From the NCBI RefSeq assembly GCF_963921235.1, contig NC_086098.1:70246001-70310000 (forward strand): a DNA stretch of 64,000 nucleotides, read 5' to 3'. Position numbers and translations under genes: made by a program. The notes under the pieces were generated by a model, which saw nothing but the letters and a program-made list of their open reading frames with translations, was not told the origin of the DNA and ran no database searches. The stretch is from Mobula hypostoma (lineage: Eukaryota). Positions 37,961 to 49,660 of the stretch are shown here, piece by piece (within the stretch, counting starts at the first letter, position 1; every line of letters starts with the position of its first letter).

Positions 37961-39562
37961 ATTTGTATCTCTGATTTTATTTCTCAGTACATGAAACATT
38001 TCCTACCTACATCCATAGCACTTCACACGGTCATGACTTTTCCAATGACTTCATGTTCACTGGGCCTTGGTTGTCTCATTTTTCATTTGGATGTCCAATC
38101 TGGAAGGCCTCAAGACCCGCTGCTTCTTTCTGGACAATAGACCCAACCAGTTCCCCTCCACTATCACTCTCCTCCATCTGGCAGAACTGGCTCTCACTCT
38201 CAATAATTTCTCCTTTGGCTCCTCCCACATCTTTCAAACAAAAGGTGTAGCCATGGGCACTCACATGGGTCTCAGCTATGCCTGCCCTTTTGTTGGCTAC
38301 GTGGAACAGTCTATGATCCAAGCCTACACAGGTATCTCTCCCCAACTTTTCCTACGCTACATCAATGACTGCATTGGTGCGGTTCTTGCGCCCATACCGA
38401 GCTTGTTGACTTCGTCAACTTTGGCTCCAGCTTCCACCCCACCTTCAAAGTTACCTGGTCCATTTCTGACACCTCCCTCCCCTTTCTCAAGCTCTCTGTC
38501 TCTATCTCTGGAGACAGTTTATCCACTGACTCTAACAATTACCAGGACTATACCTCTTACCAACCTGTCACTTGTAAAAATGCCACCCCCTTCTCTCAAT
38601 TGCTCCGTTTCCGCCTCATCTGCTCTTAGGATGAGGCTTTTCATTCAAGAACTAATGAGATGTCCTCCTTCTTCAAAAAAGGGACCTTCCTTCCTCCAAC
38701 ATCAATGCTGCCCTCACCCGCATCTCTTCCATTTCACGGATGAATGCCCCACCCCACCAGGGATAGGGTTCCTCTTATCCTCACCTACCAGTCTCCGGGT
38801 CCAGCATATAATTCTCCATAACTTCGGTCTTCTCTCACGGGATCCCACCATCAAGCACATCCTTCCCTCCACCCCACTTTCGGTTTTCCGTGGGGCTTGC
38901 TCTCTATGTGACTTTCCTCCCCACTGATCTCCCTCCTGGCACTTACCCTTGCAAGTGGAGCAAGTGCAACACCTGCCCCTACACCTCCTCCCTGACTACC
39001 ATTCAGGGTCCAAACAGTCCTTCCAGGTGAGGTGACACTTCACATATGGGTCTGTTGGGGTCATATACTGTATCTGGTGCTCTCGATGTGGCCTCCTGTA
39101 CATCACTGACATAGATCAGAAGACCACTTTGCTGAGTACCTACGCTCCATTTGTCAATAAAAGCAGGATCTGGTGGCCACACATCTCAATCCAACTTCTC
39201 ATTCCCATTCTGACATGTTAGTCCATGGTCTCCTCTACTGGCCACATTCAAGTTGGAGGAGCAGCACTTTATATTCCGTCTGGATAGCCTCCTGATGGCA
39301 TGAACATCAACTTCTGGAACTTCTGGTAATTATCATCTCCCCCCACATCTCCTTCACCATTTCCCTCTCTTACCTTACCTCTTTAACTGCCTATCACCTC
39401 CCTCTCATGCTGTTCCCCCCATCCCTTTCTTCCCTGGCCTTCTGTCCACCTCTATCAGATTCCCCCTTTTCCAGCTCTTTATCTCCTTCACCAATCAACT
39501 TCCCAGCTCTTTACTTCACCCCTCTGCCTCTCCCAGTTTCACCTTTCACCTAATACCTTGTA

Positions 39563-40103
39563 TTCCTCTACTGTAAAGATGAAGCCACACTCAGGTTGGA
39601 GGAACAACATCTTATGTTCCGTCTGGGTAGCCTCCAACCTGATGGCATGAACATCGACTTCTCTAACTTCCGCTAAGGCCCCACCTCCCCCTCGTACCCC
39701 ATCTGTTACTCATTTTTATGTACACATTCTTTCTCTCACTCTCCTTTTTCTCCCTCTGTCCCTCTGAATATACCTCTTGCCCATCCTCTGGGTCCCACCC
39801 CCCTTGTCTTTCTTCCCGGACCTCCTGTCCCATGATCCTCTCATATCCCCTTTTGCCAATCACCTGTCCAGCTCTCGGCTCTATCCCTCCCCCTCCTGTC
39901 TTCTCCTATCATTTTGCATCTCCCCCTCCCCCTCCAGCTTTCAAATCCCTTACTCACTCTTCCTTCAGTTAGTCCTGACGAAGGGTCTCGGCCTGAAACG
40001 TCGACTGCACCTCTTCCTACAGATGCTGCCTGGCCTGCTGCGTTCACCAGCAACTTTGATGTGTGTTGCTTGAATTTCCAGCATCTGCAGAATTCCTGTT
40101 GTT
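39563..40103 (+). mobile_element. Young PLE 3' fragment nested in the older PLE
   Basis: EATLRLEEQHL...GMNIDFSNFR*, intact HHR and tail; TSD TACCTTGTA at 39554-39562 and 40104-40112. Confidence 0.9.
39970..40007 (+). ncRNA. Type I minimal hammerhead ribozyme
   Basis: UAGUC CUGACGA A GGGUCUCGGCCU GAAAC GUC^GACUG; predicted cleavage after 40002. Confidence 0.8.
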
Positions 40104-42963
40104 TACCTTGTACTTCTTCCTCTCTTCCTCCCACCTTCTTACGCTGACCTAATTTCTTTGTTCCATTCCTGATTGAGGGTCTTGGCCCAAAATATTGACT
40201 GGTTACCATTTTCCATAGATTCTGCCTGACCTACTGAGTTCCTCTACCATTCTGCATGTATTACATGAAACATTGCCATAGGTAAATGTGCTCTCAATAA
40301 TTGGAATATTTGTGTATGAGCGAATCCAGACATTATTGTGGATGTTTAGGTTCTCTGTTCTCAGAAGCCTTGAGTGTCCATGTCAATTACTTCACCCCAA
40401 CAAAGCATTCTGAAGTGTCTTGTCAGTTACACTGCACTCCCATTGTAAATATCTAAATCAATGGAACCATTTTTAGACATCAATTATTGAAGTAAACAAT
40501 CCATTGTAGCTATTGAACTTGCATTGAATTACCCGCAGTTACCTCTGCTCTTAAAAGAATTAGAACAATGTACTTCACACTCAGGAAGACGCTATTGAGA
40601 GGGTTTGCAGAGAATGCCTGCTTGTCATAACAAATAAAGGCACCTTATATCAATCAGCCTCAGTGCCTCTCCCATGACTCAGTTCACTGTCACAAAATAC
40701 TCAAACAATCAAAGTTCCAAACTCAACAGTACAGAAGACCAGAACTTCAAACACATTACTGAGTTGTAGTCATTGATTTATTCTACCAAATAAAAAAAAG
40801 AGACAAAGCAATTTCCTGTTCCAATCGATCAACACTGGGAAATGAGCATTACTGTCAGCCAGTGCAAACCAAGCTGTACCTCAGGTGTCTGGAACAAGAA
40901 GTGAATTGTGGTGGCTGGAGTCAGGGACTGTGAAGCACTCAATCCCACTCCAGCAGCACTAGTCATTCTGCTCTGCCGCTAAACTCCAGATGGCACAGCT
41001 GTCTCCTACTAAGATTCTTCAGTTGTGCACTGGGAAATCAATCACGCTAATCTTACTTCAACTGTGAGAAAATACCAGGAGATTCCTAATCTCAATAGAT
41101 TTTTGGGCATTAAGAGAATCAAAGGATGGTATGACTGCAGCAGAATGGCACTTAGCTGCAGAATCATTCTGGGATTTATAGAATGTTGGAAAAAGCATGA
41201 AGGGCCAAATAGTCTCCTCCTGCCTCTCTATTTTATGTTGACATGAGGAGGAAGAGTTATTGTTTACTTACTATTATAGTTTACAACATATTCTAAGCGT
41301 TCTCATGCTTTTAACTAATTCATTTCCTTCACCCTTCAGTCAGCTGAAGTCTCTGCATTGACAGCAGGTGAAGCACCACCCACAGCCTCATTTCTGGCTG
41401 TTAGTTGTCAGTGGGCTGGGCAATAAAACTGTCCTCAGCAGCAAGCTCCCGGAAGCATTTGCTGCTTGACTCCTTAATGCAGGGGGTCAACATAAATGGC
41501 CTGGCACTCAGCCCAGCTAATTTTTGGGTGGGCAGATATTATAGGTAGTAGTCTGAACAATGCAAATCCAACTCATTTCGTTCTGATAGAATTCATATAA
41601 ACCGCACAGCAGAATTTTACTAGTGAGGGGGTCTAGTCACTTTACCAGTGGCTCTTTTCTAAATGGTGCAAATCACAAATTGGTTTCTATGCTATTAACA
41701 TATTAATAGGTTTCCCAGAATTATTTGGACCACCTCATTCAATAGTTAGCACATTCTAAATGCAAAACTGAGCAGTGTGTTTTGTGAGGCAGTATCTTTT
41801 CTCAAGGATGAAGCCATTTATTCCCATTGAATTAAATTATTCAGTGCACTGTGCTGTCATCTATGACACTCATAAACTTGGCAAAGATACTAAGCTGATT
41901 TAACCCTGGGGAATTAAATAAACTGGGTTTGCCCTATCGAGAGAATGAGCACTGCATCTCAAGAAAAGGTTATGCTGCAGATTCTGAGCAAGTTACAAAC
42001 GCTGAAATGATTCTGCCCCAGAATTTTGGTCATGACTGAACTATGATCCAGATTCATACTCCTGTCTTCTGATCTAACAGTAATTACTGTTTGTGAAAGA
42101 CAGTTGGACAGCTTTATTACTGCTTTTGTGTAGACACCTTTCCTAACTTCAACAAATGACCAATTATCAAAATCTTGATCATCGTCCCACCATCGGCTGC
42201 TTGTTAGTTCCCTTAAATTGTTTTAAGTGCTGCACCGAAGCAAAATTAGAATGCTTATAACATGAAGGAGACTTTGCATTGTAAAGTACACAGAAACAAA
42301 ATTGACAATTAGGTCTGAAACTCCCAGTCATTTATTCCAAGCTCTGCCTTTTTATGAAGAAAAGAAGATATGGAGAAGTTGCCTTGAGTAAAATATTAAT
42401 CAAATCAAAATATACTGCAAAAGACACCTGCCTAGCTTTAAATGAAATTATATCTTACTTTTTGGCAATGCATAAAGATGACAATAACTAGAAAATAAAT
42501 TATGATAATAATTTTATATTTACTTGCTGACTTCCAGTTACTGTTGCTAGTCTCATAAGGAATTTCCATTCAAATTTCTATCTTGTTTTCCATTCACAGG
42601 AGAATGTTGGTTTGTGATGGTATTGGTTTTGCTGACCACAAAGTTCTAAACTCAAATGAAGATCGTAAGCCCTATCTGATATAGATAGCTAAGGGTACTC
42701 TCCCTAATAGGAGGTTATAATGTAACCACCAAATCTTCAAAGACTGGTTTACTTCCAGGTTTATTCTGCATTCTTTACAGATATGATATTATTTCTGATA
42801 TCTTTTCTCACAGAAGCTCTAAAAGCTTCAAGTGACAGCCAAAATTAAGGCTGTGAATGCTGACTTTCTGAGTACACAAGTCTTCCAACTATTAATAGAT
42901 CAGCTATTTGATGTGCTCAGTGATAGTATCAATATGGTCTGCAGGCTTCCTTGAACTAAGTAA

Positions 42964-43199
42964 ACAACAGGAATTCTGCAGATGCTGGAAATTCAGGCAA
43001 CACACATCAAAGTTGCTGGTGAACGCAGCAGGCCAGGCAGCATCTCTAGGAAGAAGTACAGTCGAAGTTTCAGGCTGAGACCCTTCGTTAGGACTAACGT
43101 TAGTCCTGACGAAGGGTCTCGGCCTGAAACGTCGACTGTACCTCTTCCTAGAGATGCTGCCTGGCCTGCTGCGTTCACCAGCAACTTTGATGTGTGTTG
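42964..43199. mobile_element. Palindromic mini Penelope-like insertion
   Basis: Spacer-less palindrome centre AGGACTAAC|GTTAGTCCT at 43098/43099; TSD CTTGAACTAAGTAA at 42950-42963 and 43200-43213. Confidence 0.92.
43101..43138 (+). ncRNA. Type I minimal hammerhead ribozyme
   Basis: Core CUGACGA 43106-43112, GAAAC 43126-43130, predicted cleavage after 43133; the minus-strand twin has a mutated core (CUAACGA, GAAACUUC). Confidence 0.8.
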
Positions 43200-43699
43200 C
43201 TTGAACTAAGTAACTTTGCCAAAATTGTCACGTTTGATTAAGCCCAATTAACACAACCACATTGTCTTACAATGCATTTCTTGAGCAATCAGTTCTGTGC
43301 TGTTGGTTAGAAGTCTGTGGTCTACAGACACTGCTGTTTGCTTGGAAAGTGTTCCTTTGAGATTCCAACTGATTATTGCATGCTATTTACATTAAGAATT
43401 GAAGATTGGCTCCTGTTTTTACAACAAGAACTGAAAAAAATGGTTGGAAGTTTAATTTAATTTAAATCAACACCTTGATTTCTTGAAGTGTTAGCTGCTA
43501 TGTTAGAAAGTTGAGCCCGGCAAAAAGGTCCCCCAGCCCTGGGCACTGTATCTCCATGACAGGCTTCTCCCTTTTTCTACAGTTATACTGTAGCAGTAAG
43601 CAAAATGTAAATTATGACTGGTTTGATTCACACTGATTTTGCTGTAAAACAGCCATGGAGAATATTTCTGAGGTAAATCACAATCTACCTTATTAAAAT

Positions 43700-45015
43700 A
43701 TTTCCGACACCTCCCTCGCTCTTCTTGATCTCTCTGTCTCTGTTGCTGGAGACAACTTACCTACTGATGTCTTGTATAAACCCACTGAGTCTCACAGTTA
43801 CCTGGACTATACCTCTTCCGACCCTGTTACTTGTAAACATGCCATCCCCCTTCTCTCAATTGCTCTGTCTCCACCACTTCTCCTCTGAGTATGAGCCTTT
43901 TCATTCCAGAACTAAGGAAGCGTCCGTCTTCTCTAAAGAAAAGGGCTTTCCTCCCTCCATCACTAATGCTGCTATTACCCACATCTCTTCCATTTCACGC
44001 ACATCTGCTGTCACCCCATCCACCCTGCCACCCCACCAGGCAAAGGTTTCCTCTTGACCTCACCTACCAACACACCAGCCTCTGCATCCAGCATATAATT
44101 CTCTTTAACTTCAGCCATCTCCAACGGGATCATGCCGCCAAGCACATCTTTCCCTTCCCCCCCTCCCACCCATTGCTACTTTCTTCAGGGATCGCTCCCT
44201 ACTTGACTCACTTGTCCATTCTTTCCTCCCTTCTGATCTCCCTCCTAGTACTTATCCTTGCAAATGGAACAAGTGCATCAGCTACCCCTACACCTCCTCC
44301 CTCACTATCATTCAGAGCCCCGAACAGTTCTCCAGGTGAGACGACACTTGTGAGTCCGTTGGGGTCATCTACTGTATCTGGTGTGGCCTCCTGTATATCA
44401 GTAAGACTGAGACTGCTTTGCTGAGAATCTATGCTCCGTCTGCCTGAAAAAGCAGGATCTCCCAGTGGCCACCCAGTTTAATTTCACTTCCCATTCCCAT
44501 TCCAACATGTCAGTTTATAGACTCCTCTACTGCTGTGATGAGGCCACACATGGGTTGGAAGAGCAACACCTTGTATCCTGTCTGGGTAGCCTCCAACATG
44601 ATGGCATGAACATCGAATTCTCTCTTGAATTCTGGCTATGGTGCCCTTCGTCTCCCTCCCATTCCCCATTCCCTTTCCTCTCTCTCAACTTACCCCCTTA
44701 CCTGTCCATCACCTCCCTCTGGTTTTACTCTCCCTATCCTTTCTTCCATGGTCTTCTGACCTCTCCTTTCAGATTAACCCTTCTCCAATCTCTTATCTCT
44801 TTCACCAATCAACTTCCTCGCTCTTTACTTTGCTCCTCCCCCCTCCTGGTCTAACCTATCACCTACTAACCTGTATTTCTTCTTTCCTCCCCCCACCTTG
44901 TTGCTCTGACTTCTCATCTTTTTTTTTGAGTTGTGATAAAAGATCTCAGCCCGAACTTTGACTGCTTTCTCTTTTCCATAGATGCCGCCTGGCCTGCTGT
45001 GTTCCTCCAGCATTT
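43700..45015 (+). mobile_element. Older PLE, 5'-truncated, degenerate HHR
   Basis: Colinear with 8433-9780: YKPTESHSYLDY, YPCKWNKC, VATQFN, EEQHL..GMNIEF. Confidence 0.88.
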
Positions 45016-45689
45016 AGTCCGTTATGAGGATAGTCAAAATTAATACCAATTGAAAACTGTTACATTATATCTTGAATATCACAGCTTAAATGTGTTCATT
45101 ACAGGCAAGGTGTTTAACTTTCCGTAAAGATGTAATAACTCAATGTGAATGCAAGTTCATTCAGCCTCTTTTAAAATAATTTAATTGTTTTTATTCCAGT
45201 AAGTTATCTTGCTCTACCACTCTGGATCTTTGCACTCATGTCCCACATACTAATTATATTATGGTCCTTTCAAATATCATTACACATTAATATACTTAAC
45301 ATACTTATTCAACAACATATCTTAACATACTTACACTTACGTTATCTATTTCTGTGGGCATTTAGACCTTTGTCAATTTGTAACTTACTCCTTCTGACAA
45401 AAGTTAGTTCCAAATCTCTCTTTCCAATTAACTAAAGATGAGTCTGAACTTCCATTTGAAAAACATGAGGCTCCATCTATCAGTCTGGAGCCTTGGGCAA
45501 CCAGACAGGTTTCCTAGCCTATTCATTCCAGGTATGGGGAATATTGGCCGTGGTTTGTAAAGGTGAATTGTTTTATTTGTATCCATTTTATGGTCATGAA
45601 GGTTCGTAATTTATCTGCACAGTGTTACAATGCCTCAAGAGAAGAACAATATTCTAATGTTATTTACAACTGGCCTTTGTATAACATCC

Positions 45690-45915
45690 AACACTCATAA
45701 AAATTGCTGGTGAATGCAGCAGGCCAGGCAGCATCTATAGGAAGAGGTACAGTCGACGTTTTGGGCCGAAACCCTTCGTTTCAGCTCAAAGGGTCTCGGC
45801 CCGAAACGTCGACTGTACCTCTTCCTAGAAATGCTGCTTGGCCCGCTGCGTTCACCAGCAATTTTTATGTGTGTTGCTTGAAATTCCAGCATTTGCAGAT
45901 TTCCTTGTGTTTGCA
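45690..45915. mobile_element. Palindromic mini Penelope-like insertion (junction inside the HHR core)
   Basis: Inverted arms joined by about 10 nt of filler at 45779-45788; TSD TTTGTATAACATCC at 45676-45689 and 45916-45929. Confidence 0.92.
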
Positions 45916-46037
45916 TTTGTATAACATCCTTTCTTTCTGGCAGATAATGATACATTTTTGATGCAGTTGTCTTCATTACAATAATAAGTAGAGAACGATA
46001 TCCTAATTCATATGCTTGCAGCCATCATTATTCCTCT

Positions 46038-47045
46038 AACAAGAGAAAATCTGCAGATGCTGGAAATCGGAGCAACACTCACAAAATGCTGGAGGAACTC
46101 AGCAGGACAGGCAGCATCTAGGAATATATTACAGTTAACGTTTCGGGCTGAAACCTGTCAGCAGGACCGGGAGAAAAAGCTGAGGAGTGGATTTAAAAGG
46201 TGGGAGGAGAGGAAAGTGAAACACAAGGTGATAAGTGAAAAAGGGAGTGGGAGAGATGAAGTAAAGAGCTGAGAAGTTGATTGGTGAAAGAGACAGAAGG
46301 CCATGGAAAAAAGAAAAGGGGGCTGCTGGAGGAGCACCAGAGGGAGGCGATGGGTGAGCAAGGAGATAAGGTGAGAGAGGGAAAAGGGGATGGGAAATGG
46401 TGAAGGAGGGGGGGTTGGAGGCTACCCTAACAGTAGTTTTGTTTCTCATCATGACAGTGGAAGAGGCCATGGATGGACATATCAGAATGGGAACGGGAAG
46501 TGGAATTAAATTGGGTGGCCACTGGGAGATCCTGCTTTTTCTGGCCCCCCAAGATTCTGCCAGAAAACATGGGATCTCCCAATGGCCACTCATTTTAATT
46601 CCACTTCCCATTCCCATTTTGATATGTCTATCTATGGCTTCCTCCACTGTCGTGTTGAGGCCACACTTAGGTTGGAGGAACAACACCTTATATTCCACTT
46701 GGGTTGCCTCCAACCTGATGGCATGAACATCGATTCTCAGATTTCTAGTAATGCCCCCAAAGTCCCCCACCCCTTCCATTTCCCATCCCCTTTTCCCTCT
46801 CTCACCTCATTTCCTTGGCCACTCATCACCTCCCTCTGGTGCTCCTTCTCCCTTTTTTCTTTCTTCCATGGCCTTCTGTCTCTTTCACCATCAACTTCCC
46901 AACTCTTTACTTCATTCCTCCCCCTCCAGGTTTCACCTATCTCCTGGTGGTTCTCTCTCCCCTCACTCCCTCCCCTTTCAAATGTACTCCTGAGCTTTTT
47001 TCTCACCAGTCCTGCTGAAGGGTTTTAGCCCAAAACGTTGACAGG
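46038..47045. mobile_element. Larger inverted PLE insertion (minus arm 46038-46546, plus arm 46559-47045)
   Basis: Both arms carry the GIY-YIG C-terminus and the terminus; junction CTGGC-CCCCAAGATTCT-GCCAG; possible degenerate TSD TATTCCTCT/TATTTCTCT. Confidence 0.85.
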
Positions 47046-48221
47046 ATCTCTATTTCTCTTCTTGTTTTCTCCGCTGGTTAAGAGTGTATAGCAGGAACCC
47101 AAGGTAGACAAACACAAAGAATTGCATAAGTTAGTGTACTGCATTATATAGTTTCAAATATATGAAACTGATCAATTTATTTGTGAAGTTCGGTTATGGA
47201 TCTCAGTCAGAACAATTACAAAATAACTCAAAGTTTAAAAAAGATGTAAAAATGTAAAAATGACATTTGGTCCAAAACGTTAATAATTTATTTCCCTCCA
47301 TGGATCCTCCTGCATTCTCAGTATTTCCAACATCTGCTGTCTCTCTTGTGTATTAGCTCTAGAGCCGTGTTTCATACACTTTAATGAGGATCATAAATTT
47401 CACATGTATTGATGATACTCAATAATCTCTCCTTCCATTTGTTCTATTATAGTTGTTCTCTGATGTAGATTTTATGTCTTATTTGATCTTGGATATGAAG
47501 CCCTTTAAAGGCTTTTTTCACAAGACTAGCTGTTTTCCGTATTTATTACAGCAATGTTGAGGAAGAGGTTCCTCTGCAGAGTCCTTACCTGTTTGTTTCA
47601 GTGGAGTAGCCGCACCACAGAGGGAGGAAGGAGATTTTTCCTGTATGCAATTTTGATTAATAAAGTGCCTTATTAGTTTGCAAACACAAGAAATAGGTGA
47701 TGCAGGAATCTGGAGTGAAAAGTTAAATGGCTGGAAGAAGTTAACAGGTCAGGCAGCATTTGTGGAGATCATGGGATGGCCTTCAGACCAAGGTTGATCA
47801 TAAGAACTGAGAGTGTAGAGGGGAGATAGACACTATTTTGATGGCATTTCATTTGCTGACTGTGAAATTCTAAACTCAAACTAAGATCTTAAGCCCTATC
47901 GGATATAGATAGCCACTGAAGGGAGCTTATTACTGTAACCCACCAATCTTCAAAGATGAGTTCATTTCCTGTTTATTCTCTAAGGTGAGCTTAGCTGCCA
48001 ATGTCCACTAGGGAGGCCCTCTACCCCTTCCTACTAAGGAAGAGATACTTCAAGCTAACAAAGTAGTTTAAGCATAGTACATTTACTTTTAGTGATATAT
48101 GTTTAAATTTAAACAACATTCATAAAATGCATTTAACACTCACAGAAGATTTTTATTTTATAAAAGACTTCCAAATTATAAACTATTTCTAAAGCACAAA
48201 GGATTTCCAAAACAGAGGTAC

Positions 48222-49405
48222 AATCAGAAGCAGTTTAATATCACTGGCGTATGTCGTGAAATTTGATAACTTTGTGGCAGCAGTACAATGCAATATGTGA
48301 TAAATATAGATAAAAATTACATTATGTCAATATATATATTTGTGGAATTTGTTACCACAGGCAGCCGTGGAGGCCAGGTTGTTGGGTGTATTTAAGGCAG
48401 AGATTGATAGGTTCTTGATCGTACATGGCATCAAAGGTTAAGGGGAGAAGGCCGGGGAATGGGGCTAAGGAGCGGAAAAAAGGATCAACCATGATTGAAT
48501 GCTGGAGCTGACTCGATGGGCCAAATGGGGTAATTCTGCTCCTACGTCTTATAGTCTTGTATATATATGTATATTAAATAGCTAAACTAAAATAGGTAGT
48601 GCAAAAACAGAAATTTAACAAGTTGTGAGGTAGTGTTCATGGATTCAACGTCCACTTAGAACTCGGATGGCAGAAGGGAAGAAGCTGCTCCTGTATTGCT
48701 GAGTGTGCGCCTTCAAGCTTCTATACCTCCTTCCTGATGGTAACATTGAGAAGAAGGCATGCCTTGGGTGATGGGGGTCTTTAATAATGGACGTCATTTT
48801 CTGAGGCACTGCTCGTTGAAACTCTCTTGGATACTACAGAGGCTAGTACTCATGAAGAACTGACTAATTTCACAAGTTTCAACAAACTTCGATCCTGTGT
48901 AGTAGCCCACCACTCTCCATACCAGACGATGATGCAGCCAGTCAGAATTCTCTCCACAGTACATTTGTGGAAGTTTTCGAGTGTTTTAGGTGACAAGCCA
49001 AATTTACTCAAACTCCTAATGAAATATAGTCACTGTCTTGCCTTCTTTATAGCTGCATCAATATGTTGGAACCAGATTAAGTCATCAGAGATATTGGCAC
49101 CCAGGAACTTGAAATTGCTCACATTCTCTACTTCTGTTCCCTCTATGAAGATTAGTTTGTTTTCACTCGTCTTACCATTTTTGAAGTCCACAATTAGCTT
49201 TTTGATCTTACATTGAGTGCAGCATTGTTGCTGTGACACTATTTGAGATCCTACCAAGAATGGTTGCATCATCAGCAAATTTACAACTGGTATTTGATCT
49301 ATGCCTTGTCACGCAGTCACAGGTAGTAGAGCAGTGGACTAAGCACACATCTCTGTGGTGTACCAGTGTTGATTGTCAGTGAGGTGGAAATGTTATTACC
49401 AATCT
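48222..49405 (-). mobile_element. Rex1/Babar 3' fragment with a CR1 tail (48341-48560, plus strand) inserted in its (TA)n tract
   Basis: FADDATI, LIVDF, FKFLGANISDDL, KKARQ; AATCAGA tail. Confidence 0.85.
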
Positions 49406-49660
49406 GCATGCATTCATATAACCTAAAAAGACATAACTACAAGCAGCAGTTGAAACAGTTGCCCATTGCAGAAATTGAAGGGAGAGAATTGGATTCTAAT
49501 TCATCCTTTCTCTCACTCTTTGTGATTTTTCTGGACGATTGCTAATCGGCCTGGTCTGCTCCCTACACTTATATTGTTTCTTTGCTACTTGGGTGACTTC
49601 TCACACATATGGTATTTCCAGATACCTATTTAACACCAGTATCCAAAAGCTTCTGTAGAC

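Larger units (their letters stand above)
38001..40261 (+). mobile_element. Older PLE (RT, GIY-YIG, tail-less terminus) with 13-bp TSD
   Basis: LDVQS, NNFSF..FQTKGVAMGT, FLRYINDCI (RT); TSD TACATGAAACATT at 37988-38000 and 40262-40274. Confidence 0.9.
42613..43561. mobile_element. Putative solo LTR, copy A (unidentified family)
   Basis: TGTGATGG...CCATGACA termini, near-TSD GGTT/GGCT, colinear similarity to copy B (47837-53558). Confidence 0.7.

Noticed and set aside
42600-42664. Apparent plus-strand exon (TTCACAG|GAGAATG...GATC|GTAAGC)
   Set aside because: Mostly inside the putative solo LTR; the donor is absent in copy B and the peptide is unrecognisable
745-45915. The three palindromes as one replicating MITE or retrozyme family
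   Set aside because: Junctions differ in every copy, TSDs are long and variable (9-14 bp), and the arms are asymmetric; better explained as independent PLE integration products. Only a genome-wide junction census could revive the idea
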